Origin: an uncultured virus (IMG/VR IMGVR_UViG_2061766007_000491)
Lineage: Duplodnaviria > Heunggongvirae > Uroviricota > Caudoviricetes
Reading direction: 5' to 3' (one strand)
Virus record (IMG/VR): IMGVR_UViG_2061766007_000491
Length of the DNA: 54,388 nucleotides
Position 1 is the stretch's first letter, and each line of letters opens with the position of its first letter. Position numbers and translations under genes: made by a program. Shown piece by piece: positions 28,834 to 38,985 of this stretch. Under the pieces are notes generated by a model that worked only from the letters and a program-made list of their open reading frames with translations, was not told the DNA's origin and did no database searches.

Positions 28834-31529
28834 TGAATCTGGAATCTGCATTATTGCAGCCTTTATGTGGGGTGGGTGGTTATCCGTTTTTAGAGCGGTT
28901 AAGCATTGCACCCTACTTATGTGGGAATGAGACTCTAAACTTAGGTAATCCTGAATGGGATGACACTGAGTTTAGAGTTTGTATTTTACAGCCTGGACAC
29001 TTGGAACCGAAGCTAATGAGCCACACATTGACGCAGTTGGTGGCTTTGATGCGAAAAGCAGAGGAAAAGACAGGTGTGCGGATGTATATAGACTTTGCGT
29101 TTCGCCCTGGGCAAAGGGATTGCGCTGAGTTGCGCAAAAAAGGTGTACCAGAGGTGTTCGGATGGACAAGTCTGCATGAACTGAGCGACTTTGATATGTT
29201 ATGTTGCTCTTTTTCAGTACATTTTGAGAGCGCAAGCATACTTCCAGTGCTATGGGGCGGTGGAATTGAGCCGTTCCACAGGAAAAGAGACCAGAAAACA
29301 CCGTTTGTAATGGGCGGTGGCATTATGGCACAGTATTTGGAAGCCTTGTTCGGGTATAAGGACGGTGCAGTGCTGGATTTACTGTTTCTGGGCGAGGGTG
29401 AGGGGCGTTTAACTGAGCTTTTAGAGGTATTAGTCAAGGAACGGTCACGGTTAAGATGGGATAGGTTAGGTGTTATACACGATTTGGTGACGAAGTTTGA
29501 TAACTTCTACTACCCAGACGGCTATGAACACGTTTATGAAGGTACAAAGCTGGTAGAGATCAGGAAACGCTTTGATTGGTGTCCCGATAAGGTCAAGTAT
29601 TATCGGAACTACAACCTGAGACCTACGATTTTTGAGAATAGACTGCTACTGACGGACAACGATCATGCTGGAAGGGCTGCGTTGCGTATAAGTCAGGGAT
29701 GCAGTGGTGCTGGGTGTTGTTCGTTTTGTACGGAAGGGAGTGAGGCTGGCCCTTGGCGTGAATACCCGATAGATCATGTAGTGGGTAAGTTTAATGACTT
29801 GGTGAGGTCATGCGCACCGAACCTATTAAGTTATTACGCATATAATCTTAACTTTCATAGTGGTTATGTGAAGTTGATGGAAGAGGCTGGCAAGCGGTTT
29901 GCCAACCAAAGTGTGATAGCGTTTAGGGCTGATGTGGTTGCGGAAACACCTGGATATATCCGTTTATTAAAGCAGATGGGAGCCAGCCGTATCACGATTG
30001 CATTAGAAGGGATTAGTGAGCGGATGCGTGTCATGCTGAACAAGAACGTGACATGGAACCACTTTGATAAGGTAGCAGAACAGGTGTTCGCCGAGGATAT
30101 TGGCGTGTTAAAAGTGAACCTGATCGTGACTGGCTATGAGACGCAAGAGGATTATGACGAGTTTATATCTAAGGTAGAGGCGTTTATCCGTAAGCGTGAT
30201 GAAGTGGGCAGTAGAGTTAAGTTGAGCTTTTCTGCAACTATACTGGTGACATATTGGAATACGGCTATGCAATGGAGTCCGAGAAGGTCAATAGTAGAAG
30301 CCATGAATACTGATAAGGTTTACCAGTTATTTGAACGGTGTCGTGCGTTAGGTGTGGCGGTCAAGTTGCATAGCGGTCACGAATACACGTTCCAACAGTT
30401 GATGATAGACGCAGGGCGGTCTATTACAGAGCCAGTGGTGCGCTGGTATAGAGCCGTATGGGAACAGAATAAGGCTTTGTTTTATCCGTTCGAGGACTTG
30501 AATAACAGGATATTTGAGTATCTGGGTGTAACAGACAGAGAAGCGTACTTTCTACAGGAACATGGGTACGGTGAACTGAATCCGACCAGCATCTACGATA
30601 TTATACCATACCAGACACAGCGTATGTGGTTCCAGAGACAGAGCTTGCCTTATTGTTTGAGGACACAGGCGAATAAGAATCCCAAGTGTCACGGATGTGG
30701 TCTGTGTAATGTGGACTTACGGAACACTATACTGACCAGAGCGGTGGAAACTGATTTGAATGTGCCTCTGGGACGGAATCAGGCACGTTCTACGCTAAGA
30801 GTGTATTATCAGATCGCAGGGAATGATTTTGCACGGTGTAGGCATAAGCTGGTGTTATGTCACTCTATCGCTGGTAAGTTGATAAAGATGCTGGGTCTGG
30901 AAGAGCAATTCCATTCTGTGTGTAATTACTCTGATGAAGCTATCACTGCGAACGGTCAGAATGACGTGTGGGATGGGTTCGGTGCGTTTGATATTGATTT
31001 CCGATGCGGATTACGAGAGTTGCAGAATAAAGTCCCCAGAACGCTCTACAGCGAGTTTAAGGATGGAAGGGTTATAAGTACCCAGACACTAGATAAAAAC
31101 GCCTTAGAAGTCAAATATGGAAGCGTATGGAGGTTTTATGCGAAACAATCCCCAGATGTACTGTCGGAACGGATGGATAAGTGGGATGGTACAGTGGTGA
31201 TACGGACACAGACGGATGCGGTTACGGTGCAGAATGGCACACTCTATGCTGACAGAAAGGACATGGGTTTGTGTTTAGGTGGTGGAGGTTCGGGCAGTGT
31301 GGGGTTTATGTACTTGGGGCATAGGCTGAATCCTTTAATGGTGTTAGCGTCTATGTTTAAGATACCGTTATTAAAGGTTAAAAGCGAGTTTAGGGTTTCA
31401 CGGCTGGGTTTATATCGGGATAGAATCGGAATCTGCAAAATGTGTGGTGGTGTGTCAGAGCGTGATGTGATTTCGCACTCGACCGCCGTGTGCGGTAAAT
31501 GCGCTTGTAAACTATACTATAGGAGGTAG
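28833..31529 (+). CDS. Large radical SAM protein
   Basis: ISQGCSGAGCCSFC cluster motif, FRAD, ITIALEGISERMR, GYETQED; C-terminal CxxC pairs. Confidence 0.85.
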   Translation: MNLESALLQPLCGVGGYPFLERLSIAPYLCGNETLNLGNPEWDDTEFRVCILQPGHLEPKLMSHTLTQLVALMRKAEEKTGVRMYIDFAFRPGQRDCAELRKKGVPEVFGWTSLHELSDFDMLCCSFSVHFESASILPVLWGGGIEPFHRKRDQKTPFVMGGGIMAQYLEALFGYKDGAVLDLLFLGEGEGRLTELLEVLVKERSRLRWDRLGVIHDLVTKFDNFYYPDGYEHVYEGTKLVEIRKRFDWCPDKVKYYRNYNLRPTIFENRLLLTDNDHAGRAALRISQGCSGAGCCSFCTEGSEAGPWREYPIDHVVGKFNDLVRSCAPNLLSYYAYNLNFHSGYVKLMEEAGKRFANQSVIAFRADVVAETPGYIRLLKQMGASRITIALEGISERMRVMLNKNVTWNHFDKVAEQVFAEDIGVLKVNLIVTGYETQEDYDEFISKVEAFIRKRDEVGSRVKLSFSATILVTYWNTAMQWSPRRSIVEAMNTDKVYQLFERCRALGVAVKLHSGHEYTFQQLMIDAGRSITEPVVRWYRAVWEQNKALFYPFEDLNNRIFEYLGVTDREAYFLQEHGYGELNPTSIYDIIPYQTQRMWFQRQSLPYCLRTQANKNPKCHGCGLCNVDLRNTILTRAVETDLNVPLGRNQARSTLRVYYQIAGNDFARCRHKLVLCHSIAGKLIKMLGLEEQFHSVCNYSDEAITANGQNDVWDGFGAFDIDFRCGLRELQNKVPRTLYSEFKDGRVISTQTLDKNALEVKYGSVWRFYAKQSPDVLSERMDKWDGTVVIRTQTDAVTVQNGTLYADRKDMGLCLGGGGSGSVGFMYLGHRLNPLMVLASMFKIPLLKVKSEFRVSRLGLYRDRIGICKMCGGVSERDVISHSTAVCGKCACKLYYRR

Positions 31530-31778
31530 TTATGATTGAGTTACTTTGTACTTTGAGTTGCTTGCTGGGTGTGTCTATCGTGCTGGGCATAGCCTACATC
31601 TTATTGGTGGGCAAAGCGGAAGCAAAGATAGAGCAGATCAGACGTATTACCGATAAATTAACCATTGATGTTGAGAGTAAGGATGACAATGACAAGTGAG
31701 ATATTTTGCGCCGTGATGGTGAGTATTACGGTTTTATCTTTTGTTTTGGGGTATTATGTGGGGAAGGAGAGCTAGAGA

Positions 31779-32108
31779 ATGTGCATAAGGGTGTTGGATT
31801 GGTATGACGGGCCATTGTTATGGCTCGAAAGCAGAGGTGAAGATAAGACGTATATCTGTATGCGTGAGGCTGAGGATTGGTATTTGGCTGCACAGGTAAC
31901 AACAGAAGAGAAAGAATCGTTCTTGGAAGGCAAACTGGACTTGCGGACTATTTATGAGACGCATGACTGTTTTGCCTTTTTGCCGTATTTTGACAGACCG
32001 ATTTACAGAATATCGTTGCCGAAAGATAAGATAACTGAAAAATTTTTACCTTCACCTGGATATTTTTATTGTCAAAAAGAGTGTGAGGACATAAAATGCA
32101 CTTGGTAA
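31779..32108 (+). CDS. Hypothetical protein
   Basis: 109 aa ORF with WYDGPLL and LDLRTIY. Confidence 0.6.
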   Translation: MCIRVLDWYDGPLLWLESRGEDKTYICMREAEDWYLAAQVTTEEKESFLEGKLDLRTIYETHDCFAFLPYFDRPIYRISLPKDKITEKFLPSPGYFYCQKECEDIKCTW

Positions 32109-32115
32109 CGACACG

Positions 32116-33135
32116 GTGGAGGTCATTTTGGTGGTTAAAAAGGCTCTAATAACGGGTATCACAGGACAGGATGGTAGCTACCTAGCGGATTATCTGGTAG
32201 GTTTAGGTTATCAGGTGTATGGCTTAGTGCGCAGAACCAGTATTGATTCTGTGCAGAGGATGTATCGTATAGCGCATTTGATGGCGAATAGTAGCTACTT
32301 GCATATACTCCCAGGAAGTTTGGAATCGTACACCAGCGTGTGTAATGCAGTGATTGAATCGAAGCCAGATGAAGTGTATCACTTAGGAGCGCAGTCTTTC
32401 GTGAAGGTGAGTTGGGAGGATATTGGAACCACCATGAATATCAACGTGAACGGAACCGTGAATGTACTGGAAGCAGTACGGCATTTTAAGAAGGACGCAA
32501 AGGTGTATCTGGCTTGCAGCAGTGAAATGTTTGGCAAGGTACTAGAGACACCACAGAGGGAGACAACACCATTTAACCCAAGAAGTCCTTATGGCATAAG
32601 TAAATGCACAGAATTTTATTTAGGAAAGAATTATCGTGAGTCTTATGGTATGTTTGTATCGAACGGCATACTGTTTAACCACGAGAGCGAGCGCAGAGGT
32701 TTAGAGTTTGTGACTCGTAAGATCACACACGGATTGGCTAGGGTAAAAGCAGGGTTACAGGATTGTGTGACGCTTGGCAATCTGGATGCACAGAGGGATT
32801 GGGGTCATGCGAGGGATTATGTGGTCGCTATGTGGAAGATGTTACAGCACGATGTTCCAGACGATTTTGTTATAGCGACAGGCGAGACGCATACGGTCAG
32901 AGAGTTTGCGAGCTTGGCTTGCCAGTTTTTGAAGCTGCCGTTCGAGGAAGTGATTAAGGTGTCTGAGGAGTTTATGCGCCCAGCAGATGTGAACCTGTTA
33001 TTGGGTGATAGCATGAAAGCACGGACGCAGTTAGGGTGGAGTCCTACGACCAGTTTCACCAAACTGGTTCGGGATATGACCTATTACGACTTGAGGCAGG
33101 TGGGAGTGGATGAGGTTGAGTATGACACGCAATAG
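32116..33135 (+). CDS. gmd: GDP-mannose 4,6-dehydratase
   Basis: ALITGITGQDGSYLA, AQSFV, SSEMFG, PRSPYGISK, LFNHES, FVTRKIT, GNLDAQRDWG. Confidence 0.97.
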   Translation: MEVILVVKKALITGITGQDGSYLADYLVGLGYQVYGLVRRTSIDSVQRMYRIAHLMANSSYLHILPGSLESYTSVCNAVIESKPDEVYHLGAQSFVKVSWEDIGTTMNINVNGTVNVLEAVRHFKKDAKVYLACSSEMFGKVLETPQRETTPFNPRSPYGISKCTEFYLGKNYRESYGMFVSNGILFNHESERRGLEFVTRKITHGLARVKAGLQDCVTLGNLDAQRDWGHARDYVVAMWKMLQHDVPDDFVIATGETHTVREFASLACQFLKLPFEEVIKVSEEFMRPADVNLLLGDSMKARTQLGWSPTTSFTKLVRDMTYYDLRQVGVDEVEYDTQ

Positions 33136-33424
33136 ACGATTGCAGATCAATATATACGGTTTGTCTCTGCATGAAGAGACGGCTTTACGAGAATTACTAT
33201 ACCAAGTAGTCCAGAAGTATGAGAACAAACAGAGTGGATGGGTGTGCTTATATGTGGACACTGATGTTGAAAGAAACCCAAGAATCCTGGTGAACGAGTC
33301 GAGACCCGTTTCCACAGGAATGTTTCTTCCCGATACAATTAAGCAAACAACTAATTTAGACCGTCCGAGTACAGTGTGTATTGACAGTGATTACAGCTTT
33401 ACTTGGGAAACTTATAAAAAATAA
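33110..33424 (+). CDS. Hypothetical protein
   Basis: ORF between gmd and nrdJ. Confidence 0.5.
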   Translation: MRLSMTRNRRLQINIYGLSLHEETALRELLYQVVQKYENKQSGWVCLYVDTDVERNPRILVNESRPVSTGMFLPDTIKQTTNLDRPSTVCIDSDYSFTWETYKK

Positions 33425-33429
33425 ACGAC

Positions 33430-36255
33430 ATGAGCAAGAAGAGTGATTATAAAGGTTTTGTATTCCACAGGATGTTCACCGAAGAAGGTGTAAGTCCTTA
33501 CGATACAGTGAAATGGAAGAAAACGACCGCCGAGATTACAGACGGTGCAGGTAACGTGTTTTTCAGACAGGAGAATGTGGAAGTCCCTGAGAACTGGTCA
33601 GAAATGGCTACTAAGGTGATTGTGTCCAAGTATTTCTACGGAAAGAACGGCACTCCTGAGCGTGAGAGCAGTGTGAAGCAGTTAGTCCACCGTGTGTGTA
33701 GGACGATTGCGGATTGGGGTGTGGAGCATGGCTATTTTGATAAGGCTAATGCTGATATTTTTTACGATGAACTGGCTTGGCTGTGTGTCCACCAGTACGG
33801 TGCGTTTAATTCCCCTGTGTGGTTTAATGTGGGCTTATTCCAGCAGTATGGTGTGGGTGTAGGCTCTGGTGAAGGGAATTGGGCTTACGATTGGAACACT
33901 GGCGATATTAAGAGGGCTAAGACACAGTATGAGAGACCACAGTGTAGTGCCTGTTTTATTCAGTCTGTAGAGGATAACATGGACAGCATTATGGAACTGG
34001 CTAAGAGCGAGGCTATGCTGTTTAAGTTTGGTTCTGGGACTGGTACGGATTTAAGTACGATCAGGTCGAGCAAAGAGGAACTGAGCGGAGGCGGTAAACC
34101 TAGTGGCCCATTGTCGTTCTTGAAGGTGTATGACCAAGTGGCGAACGTGGTTAAGTCTGGGGGCAAGACCCGAAGGGCTGCCAAGATGAATACACTGTTC
34201 GACTGGCATGGTGATATTAAGGAGTTTATCGAGGTCAAGTCTAAGGAAGAGAAGAAGGTACAGGCATTGATAAATGAGGGGTATGACCCTTCGTTCAATG
34301 GCGAGGCTTATGGTTCCGCTATGTACCAGAACGAGAACCTGTCTGTCAGGGTAACGGATGAGTTTATGCAAGCTGCCATAGATGATAAGCCCTGGTACAC
34401 TAAGGCGGTTACGGATGGACGGGTGCTTGAGGAACTGAGCGCAAAGGAATTGCTGTATGGTGTGGCAAAGGGTACTTGGGAATGTGGCGACCCTGGTTTG
34501 CAGTACGATGGTGCTATTCAGAAGTGGCATACTTGTAAGGCAGCAGGTAAGATAATGTCGAGCAATCCGTGTTCGGAATACCTGTTTTTGAATGACAGTG
34601 CTTGTAACTTGGCTTCGCTGAACCTGATGCGGTTTATCAATGACAAGGGCGAGTTTGACTTGGACTGGTTCTGTGAGGCAGTGCATTATTTCATTATCGC
34701 ACAGGAGATTATCGTGGATTGTGCGAGCTACCCGACTAAGAAGATTGCCAAAAACAGCCATAAGTACAGAGCGTTGGGCTTGGGCTTTGCGAATATCGGT
34801 GCATTACTGATGAGCTATGGTCTGCCCTATGACTCCGAGGATGGTCGTGGCATTGCTGGCTGTATCGCTGCGATTATGACAGGTCAGGCTTATGTGACTT
34901 CGGCGCAGTGTGCAAGCATACTTGGGCCTTTCGAGGGATATAAGGCGAACGAGGAGAGCATGAACGAGGTGATCGCCCTGCATACCAAGTGTGCGGAAGA
35001 GCTGAAAGTGCCTGATAAGTTTAAGTACCTGAAAGAATCCGCCGTGAACACATGGTCAGCGGTGGACACTTATAACTCGAATGGGTTTAGGAACGCACAG
35101 GTGACAGTGCTGGCTCCGACTGGAACGATCTCGTTTATGATGGACTGCGATACCACAGGCGTGGAACCTGACATTGCGCTGGTGAAGTATAAGTTCCTTG
35201 TGGGCGGTGGAATGCTCAAGATGACGAACCGCATTGTACCGATGGGGTTAAAGGCTCTGGGGTACAAGAAGGATGCCATTGAAAAGATACTGGCACATAT
35301 CCAGCAGTGGGACACCATTGAGGATGTAGTGGAGGATGGCAAGGTGTATCAGTCTGGTTTGAATCCTGACCACTTGGCCGTGTTTGACTGTGCGTTTAAG
35401 GCATTGAAGGGTAAGAGGAGTATTTCTCCGATGGGACACCTGCGGATGATGGCAGCGTGTCAGCCGTTTATTAGTGGGGCAATCTCTAAGACGGTGAATA
35501 TGCCACACGATTGTACGGTCGAGGATATTATGGAGACATACATTCAGGCGTGGAAGATTGGCTTGAAGTGTGTGGCTATTTATCGTGATGGTTCTAAGTG
35601 TAGTCAGCCATTGCGTACCTCTGGGGATGATGATAACCCCGTCACGAACGCTGAGATCGAAGCGTTAAAGAAAGAGAATGAGACTTTGAGCAAGGAAGTG
35701 GACGCATTGAGAGAGAAAGCGGACGCTCCTGTACGGCATAGGTTGAAGCCTGTGCGCAAGGCGATTACGCATAAGTTCGAGATCGCTGGACACGAAGGGT
35801 ACATGACAGTGGGACTCTATGAGAATGGCGAGCCAGGTGAGTTGTTTGTGACAATGAGCAAGGAAGGCAGCACGATCAGGGGTCTTATTGACGTGATTGC
35901 GACTTTGACAAGTATTTCGTTGCAGTACGGAGTACCTTTGGAGGATTTGGTGCATAAGTTTGAATACCAGAGGTTTGAACCGAGTGGGTTTACAGGGAAT
36001 CCTGAGATTCACACGGCAAGCTCAATCATTGATTACATTTACAGATGGATGGGTAAGCGATTCTTGGAACCCAAGACACAGGAAACGGTTACAGCGAATG
36101 AGAAGATAGCACCAGCTAAAGTAAATGAGTTCAATGAGGCAATCAGCCATTTTCAAAAGGATGCACCGATATGCCCAAACTGCGGGCATATCACGGTCAG
36201 GAATGGTGCTTGTTACAAGTGCCTGAACTGCGGTGACAGTCTGGGATGCAGTTAA
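33430..36255 (+). CDS. nrdJ: Class II (AdoCbl-dependent) ribonucleotide reductase with C-terminal TSCPD/Zn-ribbon
   Basis: FNSPVWFN, QCSACFI, SNPCSE, APTGTIS, GAISKTVN, YRDGSK, CPNCG...CLNCG. Confidence 0.95.
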   Translation: MSKKSDYKGFVFHRMFTEEGVSPYDTVKWKKTTAEITDGAGNVFFRQENVEVPENWSEMATKVIVSKYFYGKNGTPERESSVKQLVHRVCRTIADWGVEHGYFDKANADIFYDELAWLCVHQYGAFNSPVWFNVGLFQQYGVGVGSGEGNWAYDWNTGDIKRAKTQYERPQCSACFIQSVEDNMDSIMELAKSEAMLFKFGSGTGTDLSTIRSSKEELSGGGKPSGPLSFLKVYDQVANVVKSGGKTRRAAKMNTLFDWHGDIKEFIEVKSKEEKKVQALINEGYDPSFNGEAYGSAMYQNENLSVRVTDEFMQAAIDDKPWYTKAVTDGRVLEELSAKELLYGVAKGTWECGDPGLQYDGAIQKWHTCKAAGKIMSSNPCSEYLFLNDSACNLASLNLMRFINDKGEFDLDWFCEAVHYFIIAQEIIVDCASYPTKKIAKNSHKYRALGLGFANIGALLMSYGLPYDSEDGRGIAGCIAAIMTGQAYVTSAQCASILGPFEGYKANEESMNEVIALHTKCAEELKVPDKFKYLKESAVNTWSAVDTYNSNGFRNAQVTVLAPTGTISFMMDCDTTGVEPDIALVKYKFLVGGGMLKMTNRIVPMGLKALGYKKDAIEKILAHIQQWDTIEDVVEDGKVYQSGLNPDHLAVFDCAFKALKGKRSISPMGHLRMMAACQPFISGAISKTVNMPHDCTVEDIMETYIQAWKIGLKCVAIYRDGSKCSQPLRTSGDDDNPVTNAEIEALKKENETLSKEVDALREKADAPVRHRLKPVRKAITHKFEIAGHEGYMTVGLYENGEPGELFVTMSKEGSTIRGLIDVIATLTSISLQYGVPLEDLVHKFEYQRFEPSGFTGNPEIHTASSIIDYIYRWMGKRFLEPKTQETVTANEKIAPAKVNEFNEAISHFQKDAPICPNCGHITVRNGACYKCLNCGDSLGCS

Positions 36256-36294
36256 AAATGAATAGTTAGACGGAAAATACAACTACTAATGTAC

Positions 36295-36320
36295 GGGGGT
36301 TGCATGGGTGTGTAACCCCT
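36295..36320 (+). repeat. Intergenic hairpin, copy 1
   Basis: GGGGTTGCA-TGGGTG-TGTAACCCC; near-identical copy at 37559. Confidence 0.6.
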
Positions 36321-36327
36321 TCTTAGA

Positions 36328-36528
36328 ATGACAAATATAATACTAGGTGGCGCATTATTGTTACCGTACCTGATCGGGTTGTGGATAGCGGAGAAGCTGA
36401 GGATAAAAGGGTGGGTAACGGGATGCGTTATTTTGTTTGTCATGGTGGTGTGGAATTGGCTGATTGTGTTTGGTGTTGGTTGGATAATCTATAGGATAGG
36501 AAAGATATGCGTAAGTTGGCTTACATAG
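36328..36528 (+). CDS. Small membrane protein
   Basis: Two hydrophobic helices. Confidence 0.6.
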   Translation: MTNIILGGALLLPYLIGLWIAEKLRIKGWVTGCVILFVMVVWNWLIVFGVGWIIYRIGKICVSWLT

Positions 36529-37535
36529 TGAATGTTGACGAGATCACACCCATAGAAGGTGCGGACAGGATTGAACTGGCACGGGTGATGGGGTGGCGAG
36601 CAGTGGTCAAGAAGGATGCTTTTAAGGTGGGACAGAAAGCAGTGTTCTTTGAGATAGACTCCTTTTTGCCGATGAAGCCTGAGTATGAGTTTTTGAAAGC
36701 AAGCAGTTACCGTAAGTTAAAGTGCGGTGTGGAAGGGTATAGGCTCAAGACGTGCAAGCTGAGAGGTCAGTTGTCACAAGGGTTGCTGATGCCGTTAGCG
36801 GATGTTTGGCTGCCAGAGGACATTGAAGTGGGTACAGACGTTACGGACTTGCTAAAGGTGCTGGAATGGCAAGACCTACAGCCTTTGCCTGGTGCGAAGC
36901 TGGGCAGTATCAGCAAGGGTACTGGACACCCATTCCCTGCGTTTCTGAGCAAGACTGACGAGGAACGTGTGCAGACGTATAACGCCTTGCAGAGCTTTGT
37001 GGATAAGGAATTGTATATCACTGAAAAGGTGGACGGCACTAGCATGACGGTGTACTACAAAGCGGATGAAGGTCGGTTCGGTGTTTGTTCCCGAAACATT
37101 GAATTGGAGTATGAGGAAGGTAACGCTTATTGGGATTATGTGAAACTGATCGGGTTGGATGTACGGTTAAAGAATTACGGTGAGAGTATAGCCTTGCAGG
37201 GTGAATTGTTTGGTGCGGGAATCCAGAGCAATCCATACAAGATGAAAATGCGTCAAGTATTGTGGTTTAATGTGTATGACATTAAGAACCACACACGGAT
37301 GGATTATTATGCCATGCACGGTGTTTTAGCGAATTTGAAGCTGAGTATGGTTCCTGAATTGGATATTAAAGTGGATGCCAGTAAAGTATTGGATAGGGAT
37401 TACTGGTTGACACTGGCAGAAGGTAAGTCTGTTCTGGGCGATACAGAGCGAGAAGGTATCGTGATTAGACAGAAAAGGAACACGGAGTATAGCTTCAAGG
37501 CAATCTCTAACAAGTATTTGCTTGTTAGTGAATAG
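36507..37535 (+). CDS. ATP-dependent RNA ligase (Rnl2-like, with N-terminal OB domain)
   Basis: PIEGADRIE, LRGQLSQG, motif I TEKVDGTS, QGE, REGIV, FKAISNKYL. Confidence 0.9.
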   Translation: MRKLAYIVNVDEITPIEGADRIELARVMGWRAVVKKDAFKVGQKAVFFEIDSFLPMKPEYEFLKASSYRKLKCGVEGYRLKTCKLRGQLSQGLLMPLADVWLPEDIEVGTDVTDLLKVLEWQDLQPLPGAKLGSISKGTGHPFPAFLSKTDEERVQTYNALQSFVDKELYITEKVDGTSMTVYYKADEGRFGVCSRNIELEYEEGNAYWDYVKLIGLDVRLKNYGESIALQGELFGAGIQSNPYKMKMRQVLWFNVYDIKNHTRMDYYAMHGVLANLKLSMVPELDIKVDASKVLDRDYWLTLAEGKSVLGDTEREGIVIRQKRNTEYSFKAISNKYLLVSE

Positions 37536-37558
37536 AACATAGGTTAATAAGGGTATGA

Positions 37559-37583
37559 GGGGCTGCATGGGTGTGTAGTCCCT
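37559..37583 (+). repeat. Intergenic hairpin, copy 2
   Basis: GGGGCTGCA-TGGGTG-TGTAGTCCC. Confidence 0.6.
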
Positions 37584-37590
37584 TTATCGT

Positions 37591-38061
37591 ATGAAATTAA
37601 AGAGCGATAAGTTAAAACTGGAAGAGTTGTTAAGGGTGGACGTGAACGATGAACGGTTCACCGAGGTGTTACGTTTTGTATCAGTTATTCTGAGGGCTGC
37701 GGACACTGTTTGCGACCAAGACGGGAAATGCGCTTATCATGTACTGCATGACGCTTTTAAGATGGGGTTCCCTGATGGTGCGTTCTATGTGGATGACACG
37801 ATAAACACTGCTGGTTTTACATGGAGCTATGAGGGACGGCATACGCATTGTGTAATAGCGTTTCCACCTGATATTAAAGCGACGGAACAGATATGTTATG
37901 AGGTGTTTACCAGGGTGGTTCGTTATGTGGAGATAGTCTGGTGTTATGTGGAGTTTGTTTGTCTGTATCGCTCTGAGAATAATATGGGTAAGTATATTAG
38001 GGATTTTATAGACTACGAGTTAGAAGATGCAAACGCAGTTAAAAAGAACATTGAGCTTTAA
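37591..38061 (+). CDS. Hypothetical protein
   Basis: 156 aa ORF. Confidence 0.6.
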   Translation: MKLKSDKLKLEELLRVDVNDERFTEVLRFVSVILRAADTVCDQDGKCAYHVLHDAFKMGFPDGAFYVDDTINTAGFTWSYEGRHTHCVIAFPPDIKATEQICYEVFTRVVRYVEIVWCYVEFVCLYRSENNMGKYIRDFIDYELEDANAVKKNIEL

Positions 38062-38434
38062 TGCTAATTACAAGGGCTGTGAGTATGTGGGTGAAATGTA
38101 CGGATGCGAAGCCAGCGTGTTCAGACAGCGGTGGGAGAATAATGAGTTACTGTTTATCGTTATGGATTGGGTACAGAATGCACAGCTAGGGCATCCACCG
38201 AAAGACAGTATATTCAGATACGATCAAGTACCAGATAACATCCTGATAGGCATACTGGTATCACAGGCAGAGGGTGATAGGTTCTGTGATGTTGTACCAT
38301 GTAAAGAGCGATGGAAGGTAACAATGGGCAATCACTACATAAAGAGTATGCCGAGATTTGCGTTTCCATACATTTGCATGAGCGATTCACAGGTGGATAA
38401 AGTGGAAAAACGACTGGAACAAATAAAAAATTAA
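38027..38434 (+). CDS. Hypothetical protein
   Basis: 135 aa ORF. Confidence 0.6.
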   Translation: MQTQLKRTLSFNANYKGCEYVGEMYGCEASVFRQRWENNELLFIVMDWVQNAQLGHPPKDSIFRYDQVPDNILIGILVSQAEGDRFCDVVPCKERWKVTMGNHYIKSMPRFAFPYICMSDSQVDKVEKRLEQIKN

Positions 38435-38520
38435 ATTTTTTTTTCATGTTGTATATACTTGCAGGGAAGTGGTTTTTGCAGTGGCTATGAAAAAATAAGA
38501 AAAAATTTTATACAAAAATG

Positions 38521-38548
38521 TTGACAAGAAAGCGAGATTGTATAAAAT
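38521..38548 (+). promoter_or_regulatory. Sigma70-like promoter with A-rich UP element
   Basis: TTGACA-N16-TAAAAT after an A-tract-rich intergenic region. Confidence 0.6.
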
Positions 38549-38599
38549 TTTTTTCGTTGCGAGGGAATGACCCCTGCGCATGAATAGAAAGGCAATACG

Positions 38600-38971
38600 A
38601 TGACATTGATTCAAAAACGTAGAGTGGTCGCTGTAATAGCGATTGTGGTTTGTGTGAGTTTAATAGCTTGTGGATGGTTCTCTGACCTGAAACTGTGGCA
38701 GAAGATTGTGAATGATCTCTGCTGCACCCTGCTGGGAGTGGCGTTCATACTGGTTGGATTCCCTGAGAGAGTGGATGCGGTGTTGAGCCGTTTCCGCAAG
38801 AGTGAGCCTGTGGAGGTGGAAGATGACTATGACACCGAAGCTGATGAAGAGGATGACTCCGAGATCGAGACCGACACGGAGGTGGATGCGGACGCTGATT
38901 ACAGCGATTCCTGTGAGGGTGACGATTGTGATGTTACCTGTGATTGTGAGACTACTGAGGATGAGGAATAA
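38600..38971 (+). CDS. Membrane protein with an acidic tail
   Basis: Two TM segments followed by a D/E-rich C-terminus. Confidence 0.7.
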   Translation: MTLIQKRRVVAVIAIVVCVSLIACGWFSDLKLWQKIVNDLCCTLLGVAFILVGFPERVDAVLSRFRKSEPVEVEDDYDTEADEEDDSEIETDTEVDADADYSDSCEGDDCDVTCDCETTEDEE

Positions 38972-38985
38972 GGAGGGACTAGACC

